A DNA stretch of 64,000 nt from a virus (lineage: Duplodnaviria > Caudoviricetes), in the IMG/VR virus record IMGVR_UViG_3300013105_000022, positions 32,001-96,000 of that record; one strand, 5' to 3'. The position numbers and the translations under genes are program-made. How positions within the stretch are numbered: the first letter of the stretch is position 1; the number at the start of each line of letters is the position of its first letter. The notes under the pieces are model-generated. The model had not been told where the DNA came from. It saw only the letters and a program-made list of their open reading frames with translations, and did no database searches. Shown piece by piece: positions 31,602 through 40,939 of the stretch.

Positions 31602-32441
31602 TCAGAACAAGTTGACGCGCTTGTTACCGTTGTTGCCGTTCACCGGCGTGAACCTGGAGCAAGCGTGCTTGACATTGCACCACGAGCATGCAGAGATAGG
31701 AGCATCCGGCTCGATGTTGTTGCGCCAGATGTCATCGGCCATCTGTAGGACGTGCGTCTCAAGGATGGTCCTGTCCTGGTCTCCCAGCGTGAACAGCTTC
31801 TGAGTCTCTTTGCAGAGAGGCTGAAGCAGACCTACCTCGAAGGTGGGAGATTCGAACATAACATCGACTGCAAGATCATAGAAGGACAGTTGCCCCTTGG
31901 TCTTCTTCCAGTAGTAGTTGTCCTTCGTGTGCTTCACGTCATAGACGGCCCACTGAGCCGGAAGCTCTAGAGTCTCCGGACGGCGCACGATGATGTCCAT
32001 AAAACCAATAAGAAGAATCTGGGACATCTCACCGCTCGGGTGCGGAGCCATCAGTGGAGCCTTGAAGCTGAAGTCCACGTCGTATTCGTAGGGCAAGACA
32101 AGCTCATTCAGGTCCGGCTCGATAGTACGAACGGCATCCTGGCAGTCCTTGATAATGCTATCGCGGTCCTTGTCGTCCTTCCAGCGGAGTTGCTTGCCTC
32201 TCTCCTCAAGCGCATCCTGCTCACGCTGAACGACAGACTCAACCATGTCCACCATGAGTCCAGGGTTGCTGTACGGGTCGTCAGCGAGCCAATCACGCAC
32301 AACTCGGTCGGTGACGGTGCCAGGGAAGAACACGCGCTGGTTCTCCATCTTGGCCTTCTTGCCGGTACGCTGAAGGTAGCCCTTCTGCTTGCACTCCATG
32401 TGCGTGCGTAGGCCACTCCAGCTAATCTTGATGTCAGTCAT
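31602..32441 (-). CDS. Cas4/RecB-like PD-(D/E)xK exonuclease
   Basis: SWS...C, GFMDII, YDVK, QLSFY, C-x2-C-x5-C. Confidence 0.8.
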   Translation of the reverse strand: MTDIKISWSGLRTHMECKQKGYLQRTGKKAKMENQRVFFPGTVTDRVVRDWLADDPYSNPGLMVDMVESVVQREQDALEERGKQLRWKDDKDRDSIIKDCQDAVRTIEPDLNELVLPYEYDVDFSFKAPLMAPHPSGEMSQILLIGFMDIIVRRPETLELPAQWAVYDVKHTKDNYYWKKTKGQLSFYDLAVDVMFESPTFEVGLLQPLCKETQKLFTLGDQDRTILETHVLQMADDIWRNNIEPDAPISACSWCNVKHACSRFTPVNGNNGNKRVNLF

Positions 32442-32835
32442 TCGTCCGCAATTCTTGCACTTGGTGATCCTTGACATACACTACCTGCGCCACCTTACGT
32501 ACCTTGGCACGTAGGTTGAACTCCTTCTGAATCTTGCGAGCATCGTCCCTAGAGACATAACCACGCTCGAAGCGATATCCTGCCCGGATACCTTCAGCTT
32601 CGTTGTCGGACAGGGCGTCACGTAGGCATAGCTCGCGCACGGGGCAGGCAAAGCAGATGTTCTTGGCGACTAGGGCCTGTGGGTCGGGAACGTAGTCGTC
32701 CTCTTCCCAGGTGCCTGCGTCGATGTTGTCCCAGGCTGTAGCTAGGGACGGTTCGGCGGTGACCGCATCTCTACATGCCGCCTTCTCTCGGAAGTCATCC
32801 GAGAAGTCAGTCTTCGTAGGGGTACGATGGCTCAC
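32434..32835 (-). CDS. WhiB-family transcription factor
   Basis: AAC...AKNICFACPVRELCL..AL...GIRAG. Confidence 0.8.
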   Translation of the reverse strand: MSHRTPTKTDFSDDFREKAACRDAVTAEPSLATAWDNIDAGTWEEDDYVPDPQALVAKNICFACPVRELCLRDALSDNEAEGIRAGYRFERGYVSRDDARKIQKEFNLRAKVRKVAQVVYVKDHQVQELRTND

Positions 32836-33881
32836 GGGGCTACCTCTTCCAGAAGTTCAATGCTCACAGCTTTTACAGGCTCTTCAATATCCATACGCCT
32901 GACATGCTCGATGATCGAACCGGTGGAAGAGATGTCCAGTGTTGCTGACCCTACTTCATCTAGGAAGCTGTCCAAATCCATCTTGACTTCCTTCTTCTCC
33001 TGTGCCTCGACCAGCTTGAATACCTCACTGGCGGGCTTGTGGGGGATGTCTACGGGCACGAAACCGTACTCGGGTGTCCATAGAGCTACCTGAATCTTTC
33101 GGGCCAGGTTGTACTCGTGGAGCGATCCACGCGAGATGGCACCCATGTTGGCGTACTCGACGCCATCGACCTCGAACTTGTAGTGCGGCTCGTGGATGTG
33201 ACCGTAGTACAGGTATCCTGTGTTGCCCATTGCTTCACTGACCTCTGGGAGAGGCAGAAGCTCGAACATCACGTTGTCAGCGACGGTCGGCGGGTAGATG
33301 GGCGCGTGAGTGACAGCAAGAGGCTTCAATCCGGAGTAATCTTCTACTCCCTCAAATACTCGATCACGGTAGGATGCGAAAGCCTCCTCAATGGTGCCTG
33401 GAGAGAGCCAACGCTGTTGCCAGGGAATTCCACAGATAGGTAGAGTCGGATGCCACCCAAAAAGCTCCTGAAGTACACCGGCCTCATAGAGAACACCCAA
33501 GGGTTGCTTCTCCAGGGAGTCTAGGCGGTCACTGGTGATGTCATGGTTGCCCGTAACCACCAGAGGCGGTCGCTGGTACTGCTGAGCCACTTTCATGAGC
33601 TTCAGGACCGTGCTGTGGCTTGTACGTGAAGGCTGTTTGTGGTGGAACACGTCTCCGGCCCACGTCACAGCGTCAGCGTTCAGAGCCTTCTCTAGCTTGG
33701 CTACGAAGCTCAGCATGTCGAGGATGTCATCCGTGTACGTGTCGTAGCACGAGGACGGCGGACGGTCGCTTAGGTGGATGTCTCCCACGCAGATGATGCG
33801 TACGGAGGAGTTGGCGATGATGTCCTTCAGTTCCTGAACCGTAGCTCCGGGGTGCTGAGGGACGTTAGTGCTTCCAGACAA
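32832..33881 (-). CDS. Mre11/SbcD-like nuclease
   Basis: GDIH, GDVFH, GNHD, THA, GHIH; TTG start behind GGAG. Confidence 0.85.
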   Translation of the reverse strand: MSGSTNVPQHPGATVQELKDIIANSSVRIICVGDIHLSDRPPSSCYDTYTDDILDMLSFVAKLEKALNADAVTWAGDVFHHKQPSRTSHSTVLKLMKVAQQYQRPPLVVTGNHDITSDRLDSLEKQPLGVLYEAGVLQELFGWHPTLPICGIPWQQRWLSPGTIEEAFASYRDRVFEGVEDYSGLKPLAVTHAPIYPPTVADNVMFELLPLPEVSEAMGNTGYLYYGHIHEPHYKFEVDGVEYANMGAISRGSLHEYNLARKIQVALWTPEYGFVPVDIPHKPASEVFKLVEAQEKKEVKMDLDSFLDEVGSATLDISSTGSIIEHVRRMDIEEPVKAVSIELLEEVAP

Positions 33882-33885
33882 GGAA

Positions 33886-34251
33886 TTACTCCTGGGTAGG
33901 GATCGGCAAAGTGATCGTGCCGGTGTGAGTCGAGTGGTGGCCGTGTGCGCCACGGGTACGGTACTGACGTACCTCAGAAATCAGATCAAGAAGATGAGCC
34001 TCGGCTACCTTCCAGTCTCGCTCTTCCGTAGAATTGGAGAGCTTAGGAGAAGCCTGAGCTTCCTTCATGGTCTGTCCCCACGTCTCCAGCATGAGGATAA
34101 TCTCATCTGCGACGGCTGTTTGGACATTGCCCATAATGTAGTCAAGAAGAGAGCCACCGTAGCTCGCCAGGACGTGGTTGGGGAACCTCTGGGAGAATTT
34201 CTCCTCAAAGTTTCCGATGGCGTCCTCGAACGCTGGGTCTCTATTTGTCAA
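33886..34251 (-). CDS. hypothetical protein
   Basis: ORF with RBS. Confidence 0.55.
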   Translation of the reverse strand: MTNRDPAFEDAIGNFEEKFSQRFPNHVLASYGGSLLDYIMGNVQTAVADEIILMLETWGQTMKEAQASPKLSNSTEERDWKVAEAHLLDLISEVRQYRTRGAHGHHSTHTGTITLPIPTQE

Positions 34252-34273
34252 TTTGTACCTCAGTACCTATGAT

Positions 34274-34310
34274 ACTCCCAAGGGTGGCATATCTTACCAC
34301 CCTTGGGAGT
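34274..34310. terminator. intergenic 14-bp inverted repeat
   Basis: ACTCCCAAGGGTGG / CCACCCTTGGGAGT. Confidence 0.55.
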
Positions 34311-34315
34311 TGTTA

Positions 34316-34819
34316 TTACGGGGAAACCTCGTAGAGGTTCGTGGTCACAGAACCCTTTGGAACGTGGAACTCGTACCAAGTGGCAGTCTGAACGTTCCAC
34401 GGAACCCAGAAGTCGGCGTACCAGTCCCAAGTCTGCTTGAGAAGGTAAGGCTGGTCCTGCTCATCCTCGTAGATGTCGGCCCGGTCACTACCGACACGAT
34501 CCGCGTGAAACCCTCCGTCTTCGTACTCAACGATGTAGGAGAGAGTAGAGCGATCTGACACGTACCCGGAGACTACGAAGATGCCTCCATGCGTCACGCC
34601 CTGAATTCCTTCCTTCGATGCGACAGCGGCGAGGTTGAACTTCTCCTCAGCGACCATGACACCGCGCTCAGCGTTGAAGAGTCCGATGCCGCACACGACC
34701 ACCAAGGCGATGACTCCGACGATGCCCGTTCCCACAGCCGTGAATTCCGGGTCCTCACTGAAGATGATCGTCAGAACGAAAGCTACGATGACAAGAACGA
34801 GAACGATCCAGAAGATCAT
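34316..34819 (-). CDS. membrane protein
   Basis: Two N-terminal TMs plus soluble domain. Confidence 0.65.
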   Translation of the reverse strand: MIFWIVLVLVIVAFVLTIIFSEDPEFTAVGTGIVGVIALVVVCGIGLFNAERGVMVAEEKFNLAAVASKEGIQGVTHGGIFVVSGYVSDRSTLSYIVEYEDGGFHADRVGSDRADIYEDEQDQPYLLKQTWDWYADFWVPWNVQTATWYEFHVPKGSVTTNLYEVSP

Positions 34820-35367
34820 GCATTCACCACCGAGGGAAGTTCGGCATCGAACATCGCCTCAGCCAGCTTCTTGGAGCGAGCCTTGAACTTCTTCGAGACA
34901 TCGAAGCCATTGACATTGCGCTTGACAGTGAAGGAGCGCTCACGACCCGGAGCACCAAGTTCGTCGCAGAGCTTGTCGTACTCGACGCAGTGACGTGCCT
35001 TGGTGGCTACCCGAGCGGCATCCTCCCAAATCCAGGCGATGCGAGGGTCATCGATGTCGATGCCACCCTCAGGGGTCTCACCGATCTGACGCGGGCGAGG
35101 AGCGTTCGGGTCCAGAATCTCGAAGATGGACTCGACGGCATCGGAGTTCTTAGGGTCCAGGTACACTGGAACGGTGACGGTCTGGGGGTATCCGTAGATC
35201 GTGGCCTCACCGCGAACCCACACGGAAGCGGTTCCGACCTTGCGGATTTCTACTTCTGTGTCTGCGGGAATGGTTGCGGCAGTGCCGTAGCTACCGATGT
35301 AGCGTCCTCGCTGATCGATACGCAACTTCAGCCGAGTACCTACTTCGAGTTCAGATGTGGTGGTCAT
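34816..35367 (-). CDS. hypothetical protein
   Basis: Coupled ORF with RBS. Confidence 0.65.
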   Translation of the reverse strand: MTTTSELEVGTRLKLRIDQRGRYIGSYGTAATIPADTEVEIRKVGTASVWVRGEATIYGYPQTVTVPVYLDPKNSDAVESIFEILDPNAPRPRQIGETPEGGIDIDDPRIAWIWEDAARVATKARHCVEYDKLCDELGAPGRERSFTVKRNVNGFDVSKKFKARSKKLAEAMFDAELPSVVNA

Positions 35368-35588
35368 GCTTGCTCCTTTGGTGTGACAATGATGAAGTCG
35401 CTACCGACGTTCACTACGTATCCTTCCAGATCGTAGTCACCCTTGTCAAGGCTCTGGAGCAAGTTTCTTTCGAGAACTTCAGCATCCCGACGATACTTCT
35501 CCGCAAGATCACGCGCGACCGCGAGACTGTGGATGCCCTTGGTGGCCACGTGCCGGTGCTTGAGTGAGGGAAAATCTGCGAGTGTCAT
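35364..35588 (-). CDS. hypothetical protein
   Basis: Leaderless: TTGACA-17-TATAAC-6nt-ATG. Confidence 0.65.
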   Translation of the reverse strand: MTLADFPSLKHRHVATKGIHSLAVARDLAEKYRRDAEVLERNLLQSLDKGDYDLEGYVVNVGSDFIIVTPKEQA

Positions 35589-36046
35589 GATCTAGTTATA
35601 CGCTTACGTGCGCTTCATGTCAAATCGTGTGCTACACTGGGTACTGTCCCCAGAGCAATTGGTCCCCGCCTTAGCTCTGGGGACATTTTTGTGCCGGTTG
35701 GGGCCGTGACCTCGAATCGGGGTGTATGATCGATCTTGCCGTAAGGCGGGGGCTGTCGTAAACCGACTCCAATCACTCCATAGTTGATGCCTCTCGAAAA
35801 ATGAAGTTGAGCTAGTAACCCTCCTTCATCCGAGTTGAGACTGTGATGGTGCCTCCCTAACTCCTGAAGAGTTGGATGACAATGGTGTCTCCTGCTCAAC
35901 GCTTCGTGCGTGGGGGGTAGGGGGGCATTATCCAATATCCAGTCTCAACATCGAAAATGAAGAATAAGCTAGTACTTCTAGCGTGCGCGAGGCACGGGTG
36001 TGTCCGCGTGCTTGTCCACTCCACGCCTCAGGCGTATACATGGACT

Positions 36047-36277
36047 ATGAGCGACAACGAACTTGACCACAACAACAAGGTCTACCCGTCTATTGAGGGT
36101 CTTGTCCACCAGATCGTGGATGCCCTTGAGACGAGCAGTGACTTCGTATGGTACTCCTTCAAACGTCCTATCTTTGGGCCAGGAGAGAACGAGGTTCTTC
36201 TCGAAGCCATCTCGTATGACGAGGACGGCGAGGAAGAGAAGTTCTACCACGTGAAGATCAACGTGGAGGCTATCTGA
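36047..36277 (+). CDS. hypothetical protein
   Basis: Leaderless start behind CGTATACAT. Confidence 0.65.
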   Translation: MSDNELDHNNKVYPSIEGLVHQIVDALETSSDFVWYSFKRPIFGPGENEVLLEAISYDEDGEEEKFYHVKINVEAI

Positions 36278-36666
36278 TGACGAATCTAGACTACGATTAT
36301 GTAGAAAACTACCCGGACTACCTTCAGTGGGTGCCGGTGGACATCACCGAAGACATCTTCAAGGTGACTCTGGAGAAGAACCTCCAGCTTCCCATCTTCG
36401 AGGCAGAGGACGGTGAAGGTCTCTACGGATATGGTGCTATCGAGCCAGAGCTTTTTTTGATGTACGCAAACCTCTACGACTACCAGACCACAGGCGAGCT
36501 TATGCCTTACGGTGGGGTATCCGCTGTGAAGACAGGATGGTTCCGTACCGTCCGTCGTGAGGACATGCTGGAAGACCCAGAGTTCCGCTTCGTGCCCTTG
36601 GAAGTCAATCTGGGGGACACTACTCCTGAGACCGGCAAGATCATGATGACTTGGATCGACAGATGA
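36277..36666 (+). CDS. hypothetical protein
   Basis: Coupled ORF. Confidence 0.6.
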   Translation: MTNLDYDYVENYPDYLQWVPVDITEDIFKVTLEKNLQLPIFEAEDGEGLYGYGAIEPELFLMYANLYDYQTTGELMPYGGVSAVKTGWFRTVRREDMLEDPEFRFVPLEVNLGDTTPETGKIMMTWIDR

Positions 36667-36786
36667 ACCTCGAAGGCCTCTACAGTTTCGCGCTTTACGT
36701 CTTCCTCTTCGCAGGCTTCCTGAGGTATGGCATGTGGAGGACATCTAAGGGTTCCTACCCTGGGTACGAGGGCATCATGGGGTACC

Positions 36787-37437
36787 ATGATTGATCTGAC
36801 GACCCTGGAGAGGCGTGTCGCTACCAAGACCCGAGAGCTTCAAGAGCTTGAGGTCGAGGCACGTATGACCCTCACACGAGCCAAGGAAGTCAAGGAGCAG
36901 ATTGACTCCCTCCAGAAGGAGATTACCCACCTGGACAAGGCAGGACTGGTCCTGAACTCCATCGGTGAGGAACGTCAACTGAAGGCACAGGACACCATCG
37001 AGCAGTTGGTCACCCGTGGACTCCAGCAAATCTTCGATGACTCCCTCAGCTTCCACATCATCCAGTCCGTCAAGGCGAAGGCCGCGAACGTCGATTTCGT
37101 CGTCCGTACCACTTTCGCTGATGGCGGTATCGTGGACACGCCGGTGATGGACGCTCGTGGTGGAGGTCTGGCCGCTACCATCGGATTCCTTCTTCGAGTG
37201 GTCATCCTTCTGCTGAAGAACGGCAAGGACAAGGACAATATCTTGATCCTGGATGAGACGTTCGCTCACGTGTCCGACGAGTACCTGGAGGGCGTGGGAG
37301 AGTTCCTACGTGAGCTTGTAGACAAGACCGGAATCCAGATCGTGATGGTGACTCACCAGCCCGTGTTCGGAGAGTACGCAGATGCCGTGTATCGCTTCAC
37401 AGCGGTGAATGGCAAGACGAAGGTAGAGACACTATGA
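36787..37437 (+). CDS. Rad50/SbcC-like ABC ATPase, C-terminal half
   Basis: Coiled coil, ARGGG signature, ILILDE Walker B, MVTHQ H-loop; no Walker A. Confidence 0.75.
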   Translation: MIDLTTLERRVATKTRELQELEVEARMTLTRAKEVKEQIDSLQKEITHLDKAGLVLNSIGEERQLKAQDTIEQLVTRGLQQIFDDSLSFHIIQSVKAKAANVDFVVRTTFADGGIVDTPVMDARGGGLAATIGFLLRVVILLLKNGKDKDNILILDETFAHVSDEYLEGVGEFLRELVDKTGIQIVMVTHQPVFGEYADAVYRFTAVNGKTKVETL

Positions 37438-37588
37438 AGTTCACAAAGAGAACCTACAAGAGGGCCAGGGATCGCATGATCCGCGAGCTTTCAGAGTACG
37501 GACCCGTCGAGGTCTACAACGGAGTGTTCCGCAAGAAGTTTGACTTCGGCGTAAGACTTGTCAACCGCGCACGCCGCGAGAAGGGTCT

Positions 37589-37912
37589 GTGGAACTGATG
37601 GACTTCGATGATGACGATGTAACCACCATGCCTTTTGTGCTCACTCAGAAGCACGGCGGGGAGTACGACGACGAGGCATTCGGAGCAGGCTGGCATCTAG
37701 GCATCCTAGACGCAAGGCTGACGCTATCCGATATGGCCGGGTTGATTGTTCCGCCTCTCATCCTCCGAGACAAGTGGAAGCAGCAGGCAGACCTCATCGC
37801 AATGTCTCGTGGCATGATCGTGAAGGTCACTCCTCTGGAAGAACAGCCTGGATACTCGGTGTACATGTTCGCACCGGCAGACGCTTTCGAGTCTGACGAC
37901 GAAGACCTCTGA
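37589..37912 (+). CDS. hypothetical protein
   Basis: MPFV...GGEYDD.AF.AGW. Confidence 0.6.
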   Translation: MELMDFDDDDVTTMPFVLTQKHGGEYDDEAFGAGWHLGILDARLTLSDMAGLIVPPLILRDKWKQQADLIAMSRGMIVKVTPLEEQPGYSVYMFAPADAFESDDEDL

Positions 37913-37928
37913 GGCGTATACATAGAAC

Positions 37929-38159
37929 ATGAGCACTACTACCCAAGTAACCCAGAACACTCCCCGCAAAGTGATCGAGCGAGCGCTACATCTGGGGGCG
38001 CACCTAATTTGCGTAGAGTCCGACCAGCGTGGAGCTTGCGCTGAATGCTCGATCATCATGCACGAGGTCTTCGACCACTTCTACGGTCATGCGATGAGCG
38101 CTGAAGCGGCACTAGACCTGATCCTAATTGACATCCTGAACGACCGAGAGAGTGAATAG
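37929..38159 (+). CDS. hypothetical protein
   Basis: Leaderless behind CGTATACAT. Confidence 0.6.
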   Translation: MSTTTQVTQNTPRKVIERALHLGAHLICVESDQRGACAECSIIMHEVFDHFYGHAMSAEAALDLILIDILNDRESE

Positions 38160-38165
38160 AAGAAA

Positions 38166-39251
38166 ATGACTGAAGTCCTAGCCCTCAAGTACCGTCCACA
38201 GACGTTTGCTGAGGTCATCGGACAGCGCATCACTGCCGTCGTCCTGGACAGGATGGTGACCGCTGGTAGCGTACCTTCAGGTCTTCTCTTCACCGGCCCA
38301 AGGGGAAGCGGTAAGACTAGTACGGCTCGAATCCTGGCCAACGCCCTGGATGCAGGAGACCCTATCGAGGTTGATGCCGCTTCCCACGGTCTCGTAGCTG
38401 ACGTACGGGCCATGATCGACTCCCTTCGCTACTCTAGCGGTGGCACCTACCGTGTGGTGATCTACGACGAAGCTCACAGCATGTCCAAGGAGGCCTTCAA
38501 TGCCCTCCTGAAGACCCTGGAGGATGGTCTAGAGGCGACAATCTTCATCCTGGTCACCACGGAGCCTGAAAAGATTCCGGAGAACGTGAAGAGCCGCCTG
38601 ATGGAATTCACCTTCCGCAAGATCAGCCCGAAGGAAATCTTCGACAGGCTGACGTACATCCAGAGCGTCGAAGGCATCCTTGCTGACATCGAGCTTCTGA
38701 ACTACATCTCACACCGAGCCGATGGCTCAGCCCGCGATGCGATCATGATGCTGGATCAGTGTTGGAGGGCGGGCATCTCCGACAAGGAGACCTTCTTGGA
38801 GATGTCGGGAGAGGTAGAGGTTGCCCCAGACCTTGTTCTCGCTCTCCTGTCTGGGGACCACTCCTACGTCTTCAAGGTCACCGACGAACTCTCCGAGCGT
38901 GTGCCAGACCCTTCTAGGCTCGCAGGCATGCTGACGACAGTTCTCAAGGATGTGCTGATCCTGAAGTCCGGTGGCGGATCGACCCATAAGGAAGAGACCA
39001 CGGCCAAGCTGAAGACCATCGCACTGCACCTGGAGTCTGAGCGCATCGTCGCCGGTATGAAGATGCTGTGGGACCTTCGAACACGTGTGCGTGCATCGAG
39101 TGATCCACGTGGTAACCTTGATCTAGCTCTTGTCCTCATCACGGACATCTTCACTCAGGGTCGCCAGCTTGTCCCGCCTGTAACAAAGCAGGCCTCAGTT
39201 GTGGCACTTGCACCTGAAGAAGGGCGTAAACTTACTCTGGCAGAACTCTAG
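38166..39251 (+). CDS. dnaX: DNA polymerase III gamma/tau clamp-loader subunit
   Basis: LKYRPQTF.EVIGQ, GPRGSGKTS, EVDAAS, DEAH, AFNALLKTLE, GSARDA. Confidence 0.9.
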   Translation: MTEVLALKYRPQTFAEVIGQRITAVVLDRMVTAGSVPSGLLFTGPRGSGKTSTARILANALDAGDPIEVDAASHGLVADVRAMIDSLRYSSGGTYRVVIYDEAHSMSKEAFNALLKTLEDGLEATIFILVTTEPEKIPENVKSRLMEFTFRKISPKEIFDRLTYIQSVEGILADIELLNYISHRADGSARDAIMMLDQCWRAGISDKETFLEMSGEVEVAPDLVLALLSGDHSYVFKVTDELSERVPDPSRLAGMLTTVLKDVLILKSGGGSTHKEETTAKLKTIALHLESERIVAGMKMLWDLRTRVRASSDPRGNLDLALVLITDIFTQGRQLVPPVTKQASVVALAPEEGRKLTLAEL

Positions 39252-39260
39252 GAGAGACAG

Positions 39261-40244
39261 ATGGCTAAGAAGATTCTCGTGACCGGAGGCTCAGGCTTCA
39301 TCGGTGGTCACATCATTACCGAGCTACTAGCTAACGGATACAAGGTGATGGTGTTCGACCACTCCCTACCCGGACAGGTGATGGACCCTCTAGGCCCTCG
39401 CGCTGTGGAGTACTTCCACGGGGACATTCGAGACGCCACGGCAGTAACGGAAGCGGCGGCACACGTGGATGGCATCATTCACCTAGCCGCCGTTCTCGGT
39501 ACCCAGGAGACGATCACGAATCCGCGTCCAGCCGCCGAGACGAACATCATCGGTGGTCTGAACGTCTTCGAGGCCGCGACCCAGTACAAGATTCCTGTCG
39601 TGTATGCCGGTGTGGGCAACCACTGGATGCGTACAGAGGGTGGCGGCACGTACACGATCACCAAGACGGCAGTCGAAGACTTCGCCAAAATGTACATCAA
39701 GAATCGCGGCGCAAAGATCAACGTCGTGCGACCGGTGAACGCCTATGGCCCCGGACAGAGTGTAGCCTATCCGTTCGGCTCCTCCAAGGTCCGCAAGATC
39801 ATGCCGAGCTTCGTCATGCGCGCCATCACTGGAATGGAGATTGAGGTTTACGGCGGCGGTACACAGATCAGTGACTGCGTACACGTGCGCGACGTAGCCA
39901 AGGTCTTTGTAGCCGCACTGAAGTACACCGATGAGCATGGCGCTCTGTGGAACCCCCGAGAGCCATCTTACAATTCTGACTCTTTCGAGGTAGGTCCTCC
40001 GAATGATAAGTACACCGTCAAGGACATTGCAGAACTGGTCATCAAGGTGGCCGAGTCTGAGTCTAAGATTGTCGATCTGAAGATGCGTCCAGGTGAAGTC
40101 GAAGGTGCTGTCGTCAAGGCAAATCTCAAAACCTTGAAGCATCTCAAGGAGTACGGAATCGACCCCGACGAGTTTATCAAGCTGGAGGACGGTATTCGAG
40201 AAACAGTCGAATACTACCGCGAGTGGGATAGACTACAGTCATGA
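39261..40244 (+). CDS. NAD-dependent nucleotide-sugar epimerase/dehydratase
   Basis: TGGSGFIG, HLAA, YTITK (YxxxK), NAYGPGQ, DCVHVRDVA. Confidence 0.9.
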   Translation: MAKKILVTGGSGFIGGHIITELLANGYKVMVFDHSLPGQVMDPLGPRAVEYFHGDIRDATAVTEAAAHVDGIIHLAAVLGTQETITNPRPAAETNIIGGLNVFEAATQYKIPVVYAGVGNHWMRTEGGGTYTITKTAVEDFAKMYIKNRGAKINVVRPVNAYGPGQSVAYPFGSSKVRKIMPSFVMRAITGMEIEVYGGGTQISDCVHVRDVAKVFVAALKYTDEHGALWNPREPSYNSDSFEVGPPNDKYTVKDIAELVIKVAESESKIVDLKMRPGEVEGAVVKANLKTLKHLKEYGIDPDEFIKLEDGIRETVEYYREWDRLQS

Positions 40245-40939
40245 GTCAAAAGAGGATCATCCATAGGTATTGGTCCGGGCCTAACGAAATGCCCGAGGCC
40301 TACAAAGAGTACGGTCAGAAATGGGAAGACCTCAATCCCGGATGGGTGGTCCTAGATCATGGTGAAGAAATCATTCAATTGTGGCCCGACCTCGCAGATG
40401 TGTTCAATCACCTATACGAGCGAGACGCCGGAAACGACTCCATCGAACTCCACGTTCAAGTTGCAGATGTTGTTGGATACGCACTCATCCGCGAGTTCGG
40501 TGGAGTCTACGTAAACTGTGACATGGAGCCTGTCTCTCCCATTGAAGGCAGGCTTCCAGAAGCCCCGTGGGCGAGCTACGAGAACGAAGAGGACTGGCGC
40601 ATCGTCAACGCCGCTATCGGCGCTCCACAGCCTCAGGATAGCTTCTGGGTAGACCTTTTGACTGGACTACCTGCTCGCTACTTCTCTCGACCCTACGATG
40701 AGATGGTGATGTCTACCGGTCCTGGGTATCTCACCGATTTCTACCATGCGGACGCCAACAACCCACGTCTCTTGATCTTCCCGAAGAGCACATTCAACTC
40801 CGTACACTGGAAGCAGATTGAGACCGGTGGAGATGCCACTGGATTCGAGTATCCAGAAAATGCCATCGCCGTCCACCACTGGGGTCACAAGAAGGACGGT
40901 CGTACCAACCTGATTGAGGGCAACACTCACCATGCGTAA
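40241..40939 (+). CDS. glycosyltransferase, GT32/OCH1-like
   Basis: IIHRYW.G, W...NPGW, ADV, GGVYVNCD, TGPG, AVHHW. Confidence 0.8.
   Translation: MSQKRIIHRYWSGPNEMPEAYKEYGQKWEDLNPGWVVLDHGEEIIQLWPDLADVFNHLYERDAGNDSIELHVQVADVVGYALIREFGGVYVNCDMEPVSPIEGRLPEAPWASYENEEDWRIVNAAIGAPQPQDSFWVDLLTGLPARYFSRPYDEMVMSTGPGYLTDFYHADANNPRLLIFPKSTFNSVHWKQIETGGDATGFEYPENAIAVHHWGHKKDGRTNLIEGNTHHA

Larger units (their letters stand above)
4293..37923. promoter_or_regulatory. dispersed start-associated motif CGTATA(C/A)AT-N5/6-ATG, about 13 copies
   Basis: 4293+, 7614-, 13474+, 14430+, 16004+, 16918+, 18903+, 26809-, 29322-, 31581-, 35594-, 36033+, 37915+. Confidence 0.75.

Noticed and set aside
31602-32441. Cas4-like gene as evidence of CRISPR-Cas
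   Set aside because: No repeat-spacer array or other cas genes seen; stand-alone Cas4/RecB nucleases are common in phage recombination modules.
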